Source: Acidimicrobiia bacterium (GTDB lineage Bacteria; Actinomycetota; Acidimicrobiia; IMCC26256; PALSA-610). From it: 64,000 bases of DNA. The notes below the pieces were generated by a model. That model was not told where the DNA came from. It was given only the letters and a program-made list of their open reading frames with translations, and made no database searches. A program made the position numbers and the translations under genes. The stretch spans positions 3,498 through 67,497 of the forward strand of contig JADGOO010000106.1 of assembly GCA_017882905.1 (NCBI GenBank), read 5' to 3'. Numbering within the stretch: the stretch's first letter is position 1; each line of letters opens with the position of its first letter. Shown one piece after another: positions 9,551-18,434 of this stretch.

Positions 9551-10659
9551 CCATCGTCCTCGGTCGCGGCGAGCACACGCGCGAGCGTCTGCTCGCGTGC
9601 GTCGTCGTCGACGGCCGTGATGGTGATGTGTCCGACCTTGCGGCCGCGGCGCGCCGACTTCCCGTAGCTGTGGAAGTGGGCGCCGGGGATGGCGCTGATC
9701 GCCGCCGGATCGGGGAGCCGGCCGATGCAGTTGACCATCGCGGACCACCCACGAGGGTCGGTCGCGCCGAGCGGCCAGCCGAGCCCGGCTCGCAGGTGCG
9801 CCTCGAACTGGCTCACCATGGCCCCTTCGATCGTCCAGTGGCCGGAGTTGTGGACGCGGGGCGCAAACTCGTTGGCGAGGAGCTCATTGCCAACTTGAAA
9901 CAACTCTACGCAAACTGTGCCTATGTAGCAAGTTTCGTCGAGCAGCGCGGTGACGAGCCGGGACGCCGCTTCGGCCACGCCGGGCGCGACGTCGGCCACG
10001 GGCGCCCGTGAGACCCGCAGGATCCCGCCGCGGTGCTCGTTGTGCACGAGGGGCCAGGTCACGGTCGTGCCGTCACGACCCCGGCACGCCAGCACCGACA
10101 GCTCCCGGTCGAAATCGACGACGCCTTCGACGAGCACCGGAACACCGCCGAGCGCGGCCCACGCCGCGTCGAGCTCTCGGGGCGAATCGACCCGCACCTG
10201 ACCCTTGCCGTCGTAGCCACCGCGCCGGGTCTTGATGATCGCGGGGCAGCCCACGATGCGCAGCGCGGCGTCGAGCGCGGCGCGTTCCTCGGCCGGAGCG
10301 AACAGTGCCGTGGCGATGTCGAGCGACGCGAAGAGCTGCTTTTCGACGAGGCGGTCCTGGCTGGCGCGCAGGGCCTGCGTGCTCGGGTACACGTCGTGAC
10401 CGTTGGCCACGAGGTGCTCGACCGATGAGGCGCGCACGCCCTCCCACTCGTAGGTGACGGCGTCGGTGTCTCGGGCCAGTGCGTCGAGTGCGTCCTTGTC
10501 GTCGAGCGCGCCCACGACCAGCTCGCCGAAGGCCGCTGCGCCCGCGTCCGGCGACGGGTCGAGGAAGCGGAACCGCAGCCCGAGCGGGGCACCCGTCCAG
10601 CCGAGCATGCGGCCGAGCTGGCCGCCGCCGATCACGCCTATCAGCGGTGCCGCGGCCAT
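9547..10659 (-). CDS. purK: N5-carboxyaminoimidazole ribonucleotide synthase
   Basis: GGGQLGRML, GGYDGKGQ, NEFAPRVHNSGHWT, YGK...RKVGH. Confidence 0.96.
   Translation of the reverse strand: MAAAPLIGVIGGGQLGRMLGWTGAPLGLRFRFLDPSPDAGAAAFGELVVGALDDKDALDALARDTDAVTYEWEGVRASSVEHLVANGHDVYPSTQALRASQDRLVEKQLFASLDIATALFAPAEERAALDAALRIVGCPAIIKTRRGGYDGKGQVRVDSPRELDAAWAALGGVPVLVEGVVDFDRELSVLACRGRDGTTVTWPLVHNEHRGGILRVSRAPVADVAPGVAEAASRLVTALLDETCYIGTVCVELFQVGNELLANEFAPRVHNSGHWTIEGAMVSQFEAHLRAGLGWPLGATDPRGWSAMVNCIGRLPDPAAISAIPGAHFHSYGKSARRGRKVGHITITAVDDDAREQTLARVLAATEDDG
9903..9931 (-). promoter_or_regulatory. Candidate sigmaA-type promoter inside purK
   Basis: Minus strand TTGCTA-N17-TAGAGT within a 50-nt patch of 40% GC. 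Confidence 0.45.
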
Positions 10660-10671
10660 CGCCGCGGCACG

Positions 10672-11763
10672 CTAACCGAGCGGCCGATCCCTGCCCGCCA
10701 CCGCCCGCAACGGAGCCGCCGCGAAGCCAGGGCCGTCGGGGTCGGCCAGCGCCTGGTCGTCGTGGGCGCGGCGCAAGGCGGCGATCTTGTCGAGCGGACG
10801 CTGCAGCGCACGGGCCCGCGTCGATTGGAGCTCGTCGAGGTCTCGCTGGGCGGTGCCGAGCGAACGCGACAGCTTGTCGAGCTTGTCACCACACTTGGCC
10901 CATTGCTGCTCGAACTCGCCGAGCAGCCCGAGGATCTCGCCTGCCGTGCGCTCCAAGCGGAAGTGGTCGATCGCCTGGCGGATCACGCGCAAGATGGCGA
11001 ACAACGTGAGGGGCGAGCACACGACGATGCCCCGGGCCAGTGCCTCGTCGAGCAGCGCCGGATCCTGTTCCTGCACGAACGCGTAGAGACCTTCGTTCGG
11101 GATGAAGAGGAGCAGGCACTCCACGGTTCCCGCCCGATCGTCGGCGTAGCCGCGGGTCGTGAGCTCGGCGATGCGGCCGCGCACATCGCGCAGGAACGCG
11201 CGGCGGCGCTGTTCGCGCTCGACATCGCTCGGCGCTTCGAGAAAGCGCACGTAGTTGTCGAGCGGGAACTTCACGTCCATGTGCATCACGAGATCGTTGG
11301 GCATGAGGAACGTGAAGTCGGGGATGGATCCGTTGGCGATGGCCTTCTGCTTGCGGTAGTTGATGCCTTCGACGAAGCCGGCGACGCGCAGCACGTCGTC
11401 GGCCATGCGCTCACCCCACTGCCCGCGCGCCTTCGCGCTGGCCAGCGCGTCGTGCAATTGCTGGGTGGTGTGCGATAGCGAGCGCATCGTGGTGGCCAGC
11501 GCGCCGAGCTGCTCGCGTTGATGGCCATCGACCTCGCGCACCGTGCGCTCGAACTCGCCGAGGCGGCGCGCGACGTTGCGCAGCTGCTCGTCGATGACGG
11601 CCTGCGCCGCGCCGAGATCACCGCCGCCCGCGCCGCGCTCGGCGCGCAGCTCGCGACGAAGGTCTCGTTCGATCGCGCGCACCCCTCCGAGCACCAGCAC
11701 GCCGATGGCCACGAGGCCGCCGACCGCGAGCGCCACGAGCGCGAGCACCAGCAGGATGTTCAT
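10672..11763 (-). CDS. rmuC: DNA recombination protein RmuC
   Basis: N-terminal TM and coiled coil; RGQWGE, PDFTFLMP, DVKFP, LFIPNE, SPLTL. Confidence 0.92.
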   Translation of the reverse strand: MNILLVLALVALAVGGLVAIGVLVLGGVRAIERDLRRELRAERGAGGGDLGAAQAVIDEQLRNVARRLGEFERTVREVDGHQREQLGALATTMRSLSHTTQQLHDALASAKARGQWGERMADDVLRVAGFVEGINYRKQKAIANGSIPDFTFLMPNDLVMHMDVKFPLDNYVRFLEAPSDVEREQRRRAFLRDVRGRIAELTTRGYADDRAGTVECLLLFIPNEGLYAFVQEQDPALLDEALARGIVVCSPLTLFAILRVIRQAIDHFRLERTAGEILGLLGEFEQQWAKCGDKLDKLSRSLGTAQRDLDELQSTRARALQRPLDKIAALRRAHDDQALADPDGPGFAAAPLRAVAGRDRPLG

Positions 11764-11769
11764 GCGGGC

Positions 11770-11791
11770 AGCGTGTCACGGGGGTGTGACA
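11770..11791 (-). promoter_or_regulatory. RecA-NDp/PafBC-like promoter of rmuC
   Basis: TGTCAC-N10-CACGCT-N6-ATG; also part of a 9-bp inverted repeat (11771-11794). Confidence 0.5.
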
Positions 11792-11821
11792 CGCCGATGG
11801 GGCGCCACGGACGGTGGCGGC

Positions 11822-12358
11822 TCAGGAGCTCGTCATCAGCTGCGGGATCGCCTCGTCGCCCAAGATGTCGGCCACGATGCTGAACAGCTGGCCTCGTCGC
11901 GCGTCGTCGTACCGGGCGATCGCGGCGTCGAGCGTGAGCACCCCGGCGCGGGGGAGCGCTGAGGTCGTGTAGTTGCCGACGGCATCGGTGACCGACTTGA
12001 TCGAGTGGTAGCGCCGGTTCGGGTCGAGTGCGAGCACGACGAGGCGGCGGCCGGCCCCTTCGAGATCGTTCGCGGTGGCGAGCTGGCTGGCGAGATTCCC
12101 GCCGGCGCCCCAACGGCGCAACGCTGCCTCCGCGGCCCGGCTCGGGTCGCGCAGTGGGCCCGCGGCGACGATCTGGCGATCGAGCGCGGTGAGCGCGCCG
12201 ACGCGCGAGCGCATGTTCGCCTGGAGCGCCGTCCAGTCGTGCGCGACCACGGCCCGCCGGTCGTCGAGGCGCGGACGCGTGGTGAGGAACAGCACTGCTC
12301 CACCGGCCACGAGCGCCAGGATCGCGAGCAGGAGCAGTCGACGCAGCCGGCGCAGCAT
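11822..12358 (-). CDS. Membrane-anchored helical protein, LemA-like
   Basis: N-terminal TM; W-x-x-L...R and Y-D-D-A-R...F...A-x-I-L-G patterns resemble LemA. Confidence 0.5.
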   Translation of the reverse strand: MLRRLRRLLLLAILALVAGGAVLFLTTRPRLDDRRAVVAHDWTALQANMRSRVGALTALDRQIVAAGPLRDPSRAAEAALRRWGAGGNLASQLATANDLEGAGRRLVVLALDPNRRYHSIKSVTDAVGNYTTSALPRAGVLTLDAAIARYDDARRGQLFSIVADILGDEAIPQLMTSS

Positions 12359-12448
12359 TCGGCGCTGCACCGTAGCGGGCCCGTCGCGCGCCACCGTGGT
12401 TGGGCGCCCGATGTTGTGTTGACCGGCGACTCCGCCGTCGGGCGGCCC

Positions 12449-12470
12449 TGTCGCACGTCGCTGATACCGT
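12449..12470 (+). promoter_or_regulatory. RecA-NDp/PafBC-like promoter of the thermonuclease
   Basis: TGTCGC-N10-TACCGT-N6-ATG(12477). Confidence 0.55.
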
Positions 12471-12476
12471 CGTCGC

Positions 12477-12971
12477 ATGGCCCGTTCCCGGGCCGGGCTC
12501 GCAGTGACCGCTGCCTTGCTCGCGGGAGCGGTCGCCGCGGGCTGGTGGTCGGGAGCGTCGAGCTCGGCGGCATTCGCAGCGCGCGTCACGCGCGTGATCG
12601 ACGGCGACACGATCCTCGTCGCGCTCGCTGGTGGGCGCGTCGAGACCGTGCGAATCCTCGGCGTCGACACCCCCGAGACGAAGAAGCCCAACACGCCCGT
12701 GCAGTGCTATGGGCCGGAGGCGTCGGCGTACACGAAGGAACGGCTCACCGGCCGCGCGGTCGTGCTCGAGCTCGACACCGAGCCACGCGACATCTACGGC
12801 CGCCTCCTCGCCTACGTGGTCGTCGACGGTCGCCGCTTCGACGACGAGCTGCTGCGCTTCGGATACGCGCGGCTGCTCGTGATCTCCCCCAACGACGCGT
12901 ACTCCCGTGCGATGCTGACCGCCGAGACCGAAGCGCGCCGCGCCGATCGTGGGCTGTGGGGTGCGTGTTGA
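12477..12971 (+). CDS. Thermonuclease (SNase-family) with signal/anchor
   Basis: VIDGDT, VRILGVDTPE, RDIYGRLLAYV, GYAR, GLWGAC. Confidence 0.93.
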   Translation: MARSRAGLAVTAALLAGAVAAGWWSGASSSAAFAARVTRVIDGDTILVALAGGRVETVRILGVDTPETKKPNTPVQCYGPEASAYTKERLTGRAVVLELDTEPRDIYGRLLAYVVVDGRRFDDELLRFGYARLLVISPNDAYSRAMLTAETEARRADRGLWGAC

Positions 12972-12980
12972 GGAGGCACA

Positions 12981-13517
12981 GTGGACATTGCGGTGGTGCG
13001 GCGCTGGCTCGACCGGCTCGCGATCGTCGTGGTCATCGCTGCAATGGTCGGGTGGCTGCCGCTGCTCATCGACGTGCTCGTCAAGGGCAACGGGACGGGT
13101 TCCGGCACGAGCGACTTCTGGACCCGGATCTACGTCGTGACGTACCGCGGTGGGTTTCAGCCGGGCGGCTTCCTCCTCGTCGCGGTGGTCGTTGCGGTCG
13201 GCGTCCGGGCCGGTGCGCCGCCGCGTCGCGTCGACCCACTCCTGTGGCTCACCGCGGCGGCATCGGTCGTTGTCGGCGTCACGGAATGGCTCGGTGTGAT
13301 CGGCGCGTTCAATGCAGCCTTCGTCACCTCGTTCAATGACAAGCTGGTCGCCGGTTCGGTGACCGCCGGAGAAGCGATCGTGGTGACCGCGGTCGGTGCC
13401 GTGGCACTGCTCGTGCTTCGCGGCAGTGGTCGTGACGATCCTGCGGGGCGCGTCGGGCGCGTTGCGTGGGATCGACCGCCGGGCCCACCGATCGCCGAGA
13501 TGCAAGATCACGACTAG
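12981..13517 (+). CDS. Hypothetical 4-TM membrane protein
   Basis: AGGAGG RBS; four hydrophobic segments; GC3-biased codons. Confidence 0.65.
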   Translation: MDIAVVRRWLDRLAIVVVIAAMVGWLPLLIDVLVKGNGTGSGTSDFWTRIYVVTYRGGFQPGGFLLVAVVVAVGVRAGAPPRRVDPLLWLTAAASVVVGVTEWLGVIGAFNAAFVTSFNDKLVAGSVTAGEAIVVTAVGAVALLVLRGSGRDDPAGRVGRVAWDRPPGPPIAEMQDHD

Positions 13518-14875
13518 GTCATCGTGGCAAGGATCTCGTCGACGATGTCGAGCGTCGTCTCCGGGTGCAAGAACGCGAGCCGGGCGACGGTCTCGCCCTT
13601 CCACTTGGTCGGGGTGACGAACGCGATCTGTGCAGCGAGGAGCTCGTGCGACCAACGGTCGTAATCGGCCGGCGTCCACCCGGGCCGGCGAAACAGCACG
13701 ATCGACAGCTCGGGTTCGCGCACGAGCTCGAGCGTGGGATGCGCCTCGATACGTGCGGCGGCCGCACGCGCGACATCGAGCACCACCTCGATCGCATCGC
13801 GATATGCACCCCAACCGTGGACCGCCAGCGAGAACCACAACGGCAATCCGCGCGCCCGCCGGGTGAGGTGGTAGGCGTAATCGGTGGGATTCCACTCCGT
13901 CTCGCTCGTGTGGATCACGTCGAGGTACGACGCGTCCTGCGTGTGCACGCGGCGGGCCAGCTCGGGCTCCCGATACACGAGTGCGGCGCAGTCGAAGGGC
14001 GCGAACAGCCACTTGTGCGGATCGACCACGAAGCTGTCGACGAGCTCGATCCCGGCGAGGCGGTCCCGGGCCGACGGCGCGAGCAACGCGGCACCGCCGT
14101 AGGCGCAATCGGCGTGAAACCAGATGCCCCGATCGCGCGCGACGGCACCGACACCAGCGAGATCGTCCACGATGCCGGCGTTCGTGGTACCGCCCGTGGC
14201 CACGATCGCGCAGATCGATTCCGCCTGCCCCTCGGCGCTCAACGCGGTGGCCACGGCGTCGCCGGTGAGGTGATCGTCGCTGCGCGTCGGCACCACCAGC
14301 AGGTCGACATCGATGATCCGCGCGGTGCTGGCGATCGAGGAATGGGCCTGCTCGCTCACCGCGAGCTGCCAACGGTGCGGCCCGCCCGCGCCGGCGCGCT
14401 GACGCGCCGTGTCGCGCGCGACGACCAGCGCGGAGAGGTTCGCGGCCGAGCCACCCGACACGAAGCAACCACCCGCGCTCTGCGGCAGCCCCGCCAACCG
14501 AGCGAGGAAGCGCAGCACCTGGTTCTCCGCGTGCACCGCACCGGCCGCTTCGAGCCAGGAGATGCCCGACAGCGACGAGCAGGAGACGACCATGTCGAAC
14601 AGCAGCGACGCCTTCGTGGGCGCAGTGGGGATGAAGGCGAGGAATCGTGGGCTGTCGCACGAGATCACCGCCGGTGCGAGCGCCTCGGCGAACAGCGTCA
14701 GCACGTGGTCGGCATCGTTGCCGAGCTCGTTGATGATCGAGTCGGGAACCCGCGCCGCAAGCTCGGTGGGCGCGAGACCGCGGTCGAGCGGGACCGGATC
14801 GAGGCGCAGCCGCTCGTAGGTGTAGTCGAGGACCTGTTGGGCCATCGCCGCTGTGGCCGCGTCGAACCGATGCAT
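13514..14875 (-). CDS. Group II PLP-dependent amino acid decarboxylase
   Basis: FVSGGSAAN, AHSS, HADCAYGG, DPHKWL (PLP lysine). Confidence 0.9.
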   Translation of the reverse strand: MHRFDAATAAMAQQVLDYTYERLRLDPVPLDRGLAPTELAARVPDSIINELGNDADHVLTLFAEALAPAVISCDSPRFLAFIPTAPTKASLLFDMVVSCSSLSGISWLEAAGAVHAENQVLRFLARLAGLPQSAGGCFVSGGSAANLSALVVARDTARQRAGAGGPHRWQLAVSEQAHSSIASTARIIDVDLLVVPTRSDDHLTGDAVATALSAEGQAESICAIVATGGTTNAGIVDDLAGVGAVARDRGIWFHADCAYGGAALLAPSARDRLAGIELVDSFVVDPHKWLFAPFDCAALVYREPELARRVHTQDASYLDVIHTSETEWNPTDYAYHLTRRARGLPLWFSLAVHGWGAYRDAIEVVLDVARAAAARIEAHPTLELVREPELSIVLFRRPGWTPADYDRWSHELLAAQIAFVTPTKWKGETVARLAFLHPETTLDIVDEILATMT

Positions 14876-14885
14876 CGGGCCGACG

Positions 14886-16889
14886 CTATCGAGGTGCATG
14901 CTCCCGGACGATGCGCAGCACGGCGTCGCCGTAGCGGGTCAGCTTCGAGTCGCCCACGCCGTGCACGGCGAGCAGATCGCCGCTGGTGCCCGGCCGCGCG
15001 GCGGCGATCTCCTCGAGCGTGGCGTCGTGGAAGATCGTGAACGCCGGCAGATCGTGAGCGCGCGCGTGCGTGAGGCGCCACTGCTTCAGCGCTTCGAGCA
15101 GCTCGCGGTCGATGTCGGCGACGCCTTCGGGGCGAGCCGCGCGCAGCGCACGCCGCGTGTCGGCCAGTCGATCGCGCCGGGCGGCGGGCTTGACAGGCGG
15201 AGCCGGGCGGCCACCCACCAGCGTCTCTTCGATCGGACCGAGCCAGGGGCTCGGCCGGCGGGGCTTGCCGGCGCGCTTTCGGGCCCAGCTGATGTGCAGC
15301 TCGGTCTCGGCCCGCGAGAGCGCCACGTGGAAGAGGCGCTGCTCTTCGGCGCGTGTCTCGTGCGTGCGGGCGTACCCGATGGGAACGAGACCTTGCTCGG
15401 CGCCGGTGACGAACACCACGGGCCATTCGAGACCCTTGGCCGCGTGGAACGTGGAGAGCTCGACCGCGTCGCCGCCGATCACGTCGTCGCCTCGGGTCGC
15501 AGCCTCGAGCCATCCTCGGAACGCGGCGAGCGTGCCCGGGCCGCCGTCGATCGCGAGGTACTCGGCGGCGAGGCGCGCCAGCGCGTCGAAGTGCTCGCGT
15601 TCCGAGTCGAGCTCGGTCTCACGACCCGCGTCGAGCAGGTCGGCGAGGTGATCGGAGAGCGGCCGCCCGGGCGCTTCCTGCTCGGTGCGCAGCATCATCT
15701 CGAACGCGGCGCGCACCTCGGCGCGCTCGAGGAACCGGCTCGTGCCGCGCAACCGGACCGGTACGCCGGCGCGCGTGCACGCCGCCTCGAAGAGCGCCGA
15801 TTGCGCGTTCGTGCGGTAGAGCACAGCGAGCGAACGCCACGGCCGCCCTCCCCGCGCGCACTCGGCGAGCAGGCCGGCGACCGCGTTCGCCTCGGCTTCG
15901 TCGTCGTCGTAGGCGCGCACCGTCGGGGCGGGCCCGGGCGGGCGGGGGGCCAGCGGGCGGGGCCGCTGGACGTCGGATCCCGCGCCGAGCGCGGCATGCG
16001 TGACGGCCACGATCTCCGGGGTGGAGCGGTAGTTCGTGGAGAGGCGGATCATCGCCGCGCCGGGGAACAGCCGGTTGAAGCCCGTGAGCGCGCCGGGTTG
16101 CGCGCCGGCGAACCCGTAGATCGCCTGGGCGTCGTCGCCGACCACGGTGAGGTCGCGTCGATCGCCCAACCAGGCCCGCAGCACCCTCAGCTGCGACGGT
16201 GTGACGTCTTGGAACTCGTCGACGAAGAAGGTGCGGAAGCGGAAGCGCTGCGCCGCCGCGAACGTGGGGTCGCGTGCGAACGCCTCTGCCGTCCACCAGA
16301 GCAGATCGTCGAAGTCGACGAGGCCGCGCCGGCGCTTCTCCTGCTCGTAGCGCTCGTAGACCTGCGCGATCTCCGCCGCGGGGCGCGAGAGCCGGCGTTG
16401 CTCGCGCTCGGCCTCCTCGGCGTACCGGTCGGGCGTGATCGTGCGCGCCTTGGCCCACTCGATCTCGCTGGCGATGTCGTTGATGTCGAGCACGGCGCTC
16501 GCGCCACGGCGACCGAGCAACGGAGCGAGGATTCGACCTTTGCGGTCGAGCACCGACGGAAACTCGCGGCCGCGCTCCACCGCTCGCCGGCGCAACATCG
16601 CGAGCGCCAACGAGTGGAACGTGCCGGCTGTGACCGCGCCCGCGCCCGCCTTCGAGAGCCGCGACCGCAGCTCACCCGCCGCCTTGCGCGTGAACGTGAC
16701 CGCCAGCACGCGTGCCGGCTCGGCCCGGCCGCTCGCGATCATCCACGCCATCCGCCGGGTGAGCACGCGCGTCTTGCCCGAACCCGCCGGCGCCAAGATC
16801 GCGAGCAACGGCGCGTCGTGGGTGACCGCGGCGCGCTGACTGTCGTCGAGATCGGCGAGCAGCTCCTCGGGGAGCCCCGGGTCGACCAT
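14886..16889 (-). CDS. uvrD2: UvrD2-like SF1 helicase with C-terminal HRDC domain
   Basis: APAGSGKT, TFTRKAA, VDEFQD, NYRS, HAAKGLEW, ALSRA; HRDC LKQWR...PAFTIFHDATL. Confidence 0.9.
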   Translation of the reverse strand: MVDPGLPEELLADLDDSQRAAVTHDAPLLAILAPAGSGKTRVLTRRMAWMIASGRAEPARVLAVTFTRKAAGELRSRLSKAGAGAVTAGTFHSLALAMLRRRAVERGREFPSVLDRKGRILAPLLGRRGASAVLDINDIASEIEWAKARTITPDRYAEEAEREQRRLSRPAAEIAQVYERYEQEKRRRGLVDFDDLLWWTAEAFARDPTFAAAQRFRFRTFFVDEFQDVTPSQLRVLRAWLGDRRDLTVVGDDAQAIYGFAGAQPGALTGFNRLFPGAAMIRLSTNYRSTPEIVAVTHAALGAGSDVQRPRPLAPRPPGPAPTVRAYDDDEAEANAVAGLLAECARGGRPWRSLAVLYRTNAQSALFEAACTRAGVPVRLRGTSRFLERAEVRAAFEMMLRTEQEAPGRPLSDHLADLLDAGRETELDSEREHFDALARLAAEYLAIDGGPGTLAAFRGWLEAATRGDDVIGGDAVELSTFHAAKGLEWPVVFVTGAEQGLVPIGYARTHETRAEEQRLFHVALSRAETELHISWARKRAGKPRRPSPWLGPIEETLVGGRPAPPVKPAARRDRLADTRRALRAARPEGVADIDRELLEALKQWRLTHARAHDLPAFTIFHDATLEEIAAARPGTSGDLLAVHGVGDSKLTRYGDAVLRIVREHAPR

Positions 16890-16896
16890 CTCGCGC

Positions 16897-16918
16897 ACGG
16901 TACACGCGGGTTGTGACA
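16897..16918 (-). promoter_or_regulatory. RecA-NDp/PafBC-like promoter of uvrD2
   Basis: TGTCAC-N10-TACCGT-N7-ATG on the minus strand. Confidence 0.6.
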
Positions 16919-16940
16919 GCACCGCCGGTAACGTGCCGGC

Positions 16941-17318
16941 GTGCAGATCAGCCGCCGACGGTTCGAACAGCTGGCCGCCGAGGCGCTCGACGCCATCCCG
17001 CGCCCGATGCTCGACGCGTCGGAGAACGTCGCCGTCATCGTCGAAGATCGGCCCGGCCCCGACCTGGTCGTCGCACCGGGCACCCAGCTCCTGGGCCTCT
17101 ACCAGGGCAACGGCACGAAACCGGCGGGGATCATGCCGCGCGGGTGGGCGCCGACCCCCATCTCACTGCCGGATCGGATCACCTTGTTCCGCGAACCGCT
17201 CGCCGAGCGCGCCCACGACGAAGACGAGCTGCGCGAGCAGATCCGCGCCACACTCGTCCACGAGTTCGCGCACCACTTCGGCATCGACGACGCCCGCCTC
17301 GACGAGCTGGGCTGGTAG
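16941..17318 (+). CDS. Zincin-like metallopeptidase (Zincin_1/DUF1025)
   Basis: LLGLYQG, LPDRITLFR, VHEFAHHFGIDD. Confidence 0.88.
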   Translation: MQISRRRFEQLAAEALDAIPRPMLDASENVAVIVEDRPGPDLVVAPGTQLLGLYQGNGTKPAGIMPRGWAPTPISLPDRITLFREPLAERAHDEDELREQIRATLVHEFAHHFGIDDARLDELGW

Positions 17319-17321
17319 CCG

Positions 17322-17849
17322 ATGCCGCACTACGTGGTGTTCGCGGTCGGAGCCGACCGGCCCGGCATCGTCGCCCGCCTCACCGGCGCGCTCTACGACA
17401 TCGGCGCCAACCTGCTCGACAGCTCGATGACCATCCTCTCCGGACACTTCGCCGTTGCCCTCGCACTCGACGCACCGCTCGCCACCGCTGCGCTCGAGGC
17501 CGCGCTCAGCGACGTGGCCGAGCGCCTCGACCTCGGCGTCACGGTTCGGGCGGTCGAAGCCGTGGTGCGCGCTCCCGCGGGCGACCATCACGTGGTCTCC
17601 GTCTACGGCGCCGACCATCCCGGAATCGTGGCGCGCGTCGCCCGCGAGCTCGCCGATCGCGGCGTCAACATCGTCGACCTCGAGACCCGGCGCGTGGGCG
17701 ATCCGTCCGATCCGGTGTACGCGATGGTGCTCGACGTGACGTTGCCCCCCGACCTCGACGCCGACACGCTCGAGACCGACCTGCGCGCCGTGGGCACAGA
17801 GCTCGGCGTCGACGCCCACCTCCACCCCCTCGACGCCGACATCCTCTAG
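17322..17849 (+). CDS. Tandem ACT-domain protein (GcvR-like)
   Basis: Two ACT repeats: GADRPGIVA and GADHPGIVA. Confidence 0.85.
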   Translation: MPHYVVFAVGADRPGIVARLTGALYDIGANLLDSSMTILSGHFAVALALDAPLATAALEAALSDVAERLDLGVTVRAVEAVVRAPAGDHHVVSVYGADHPGIVARVARELADRGVNIVDLETRRVGDPSDPVYAMVLDVTLPPDLDADTLETDLRAVGTELGVDAHLHPLDADIL

Positions 17850-17897
17850 CTGTGTCTATGGCGCCGCGCGCTGCGCGTCTTGCTCGATGTCTGGTCG

Positions 17898-18401
17898 ATG
17901 ACGACGCTTGATGTTGTTCGCCTGCCGGCGCCGGTGCTCACGCAGCCGACGCAACTCGTCGCGCAGCTCGACGACGACGTTCGCGCGTTCTGTCGCGACC
18001 TGGTCGAGACGATGTACGCGTCGCCCGCGTGCGTCGGCCTTGCCGCCAATCAGGTCGGTGTGGCGAGTCGGGTGTTCTGCATCGACGTCACTGGGCACCG
18101 CAAAGCCGATTCGTGCCACGGGCTGGTTGTGCTCGTGAACCCACAGATCGTGCTCGGCCGCCAACCGGTCGTGGCTCGTGAAGGTTGCATGAGCGTCCCC
18201 GATCTCACCGGGGATGTGGCGCGCGCGTCCGAAGTCGTAGTGCGCGGTCTCACACCCGAAGGTCGCGACCGCGTCATCGAAGCCAACGCGTTCGAGGCGC
18301 GCGCGCTCTTGCACGAGATCGACCATCTCGACGGGCGCACCTTCCTCGATCGTGTGCGCTCACTCGGCACCGACGTGTTCGCGCGTCGGCGCTACCGCTG
18401 A
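17898..18401 (+). CDS. def: Peptide deformylase
   Basis: GLAANQVG, EGCMS, HEIDHLDG. Confidence 0.93.
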   Translation: MTTLDVVRLPAPVLTQPTQLVAQLDDDVRAFCRDLVETMYASPACVGLAANQVGVASRVFCIDVTGHRKADSCHGLVVLVNPQIVLGRQPVVAREGCMSVPDLTGDVARASEVVVRGLTPEGRDRVIEANAFEARALLHEIDHLDGRTFLDRVRSLGTDVFARRRYR

Positions 18402-18434
18402 TAGCGGAGGGGCCTCGACGGGTAGGTTCGCGTC

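Noticed and set aside
9905-9931. dif- or parS-like site in the purK AT-rich patch
   Set aside because: Only partial matches (CGCA..TATGT with a 5-nt spacer; TGTTTCA half-site), and it is intragenic; the promoter reading fits better.
10672-16889. RmuC + nuclease + helicase as an anti-phage defence island
   Set aside because: The genes are in different orientations, interspersed with housekeeping genes and have host-like codon usage; shared DNA-damage promoters explain them better.
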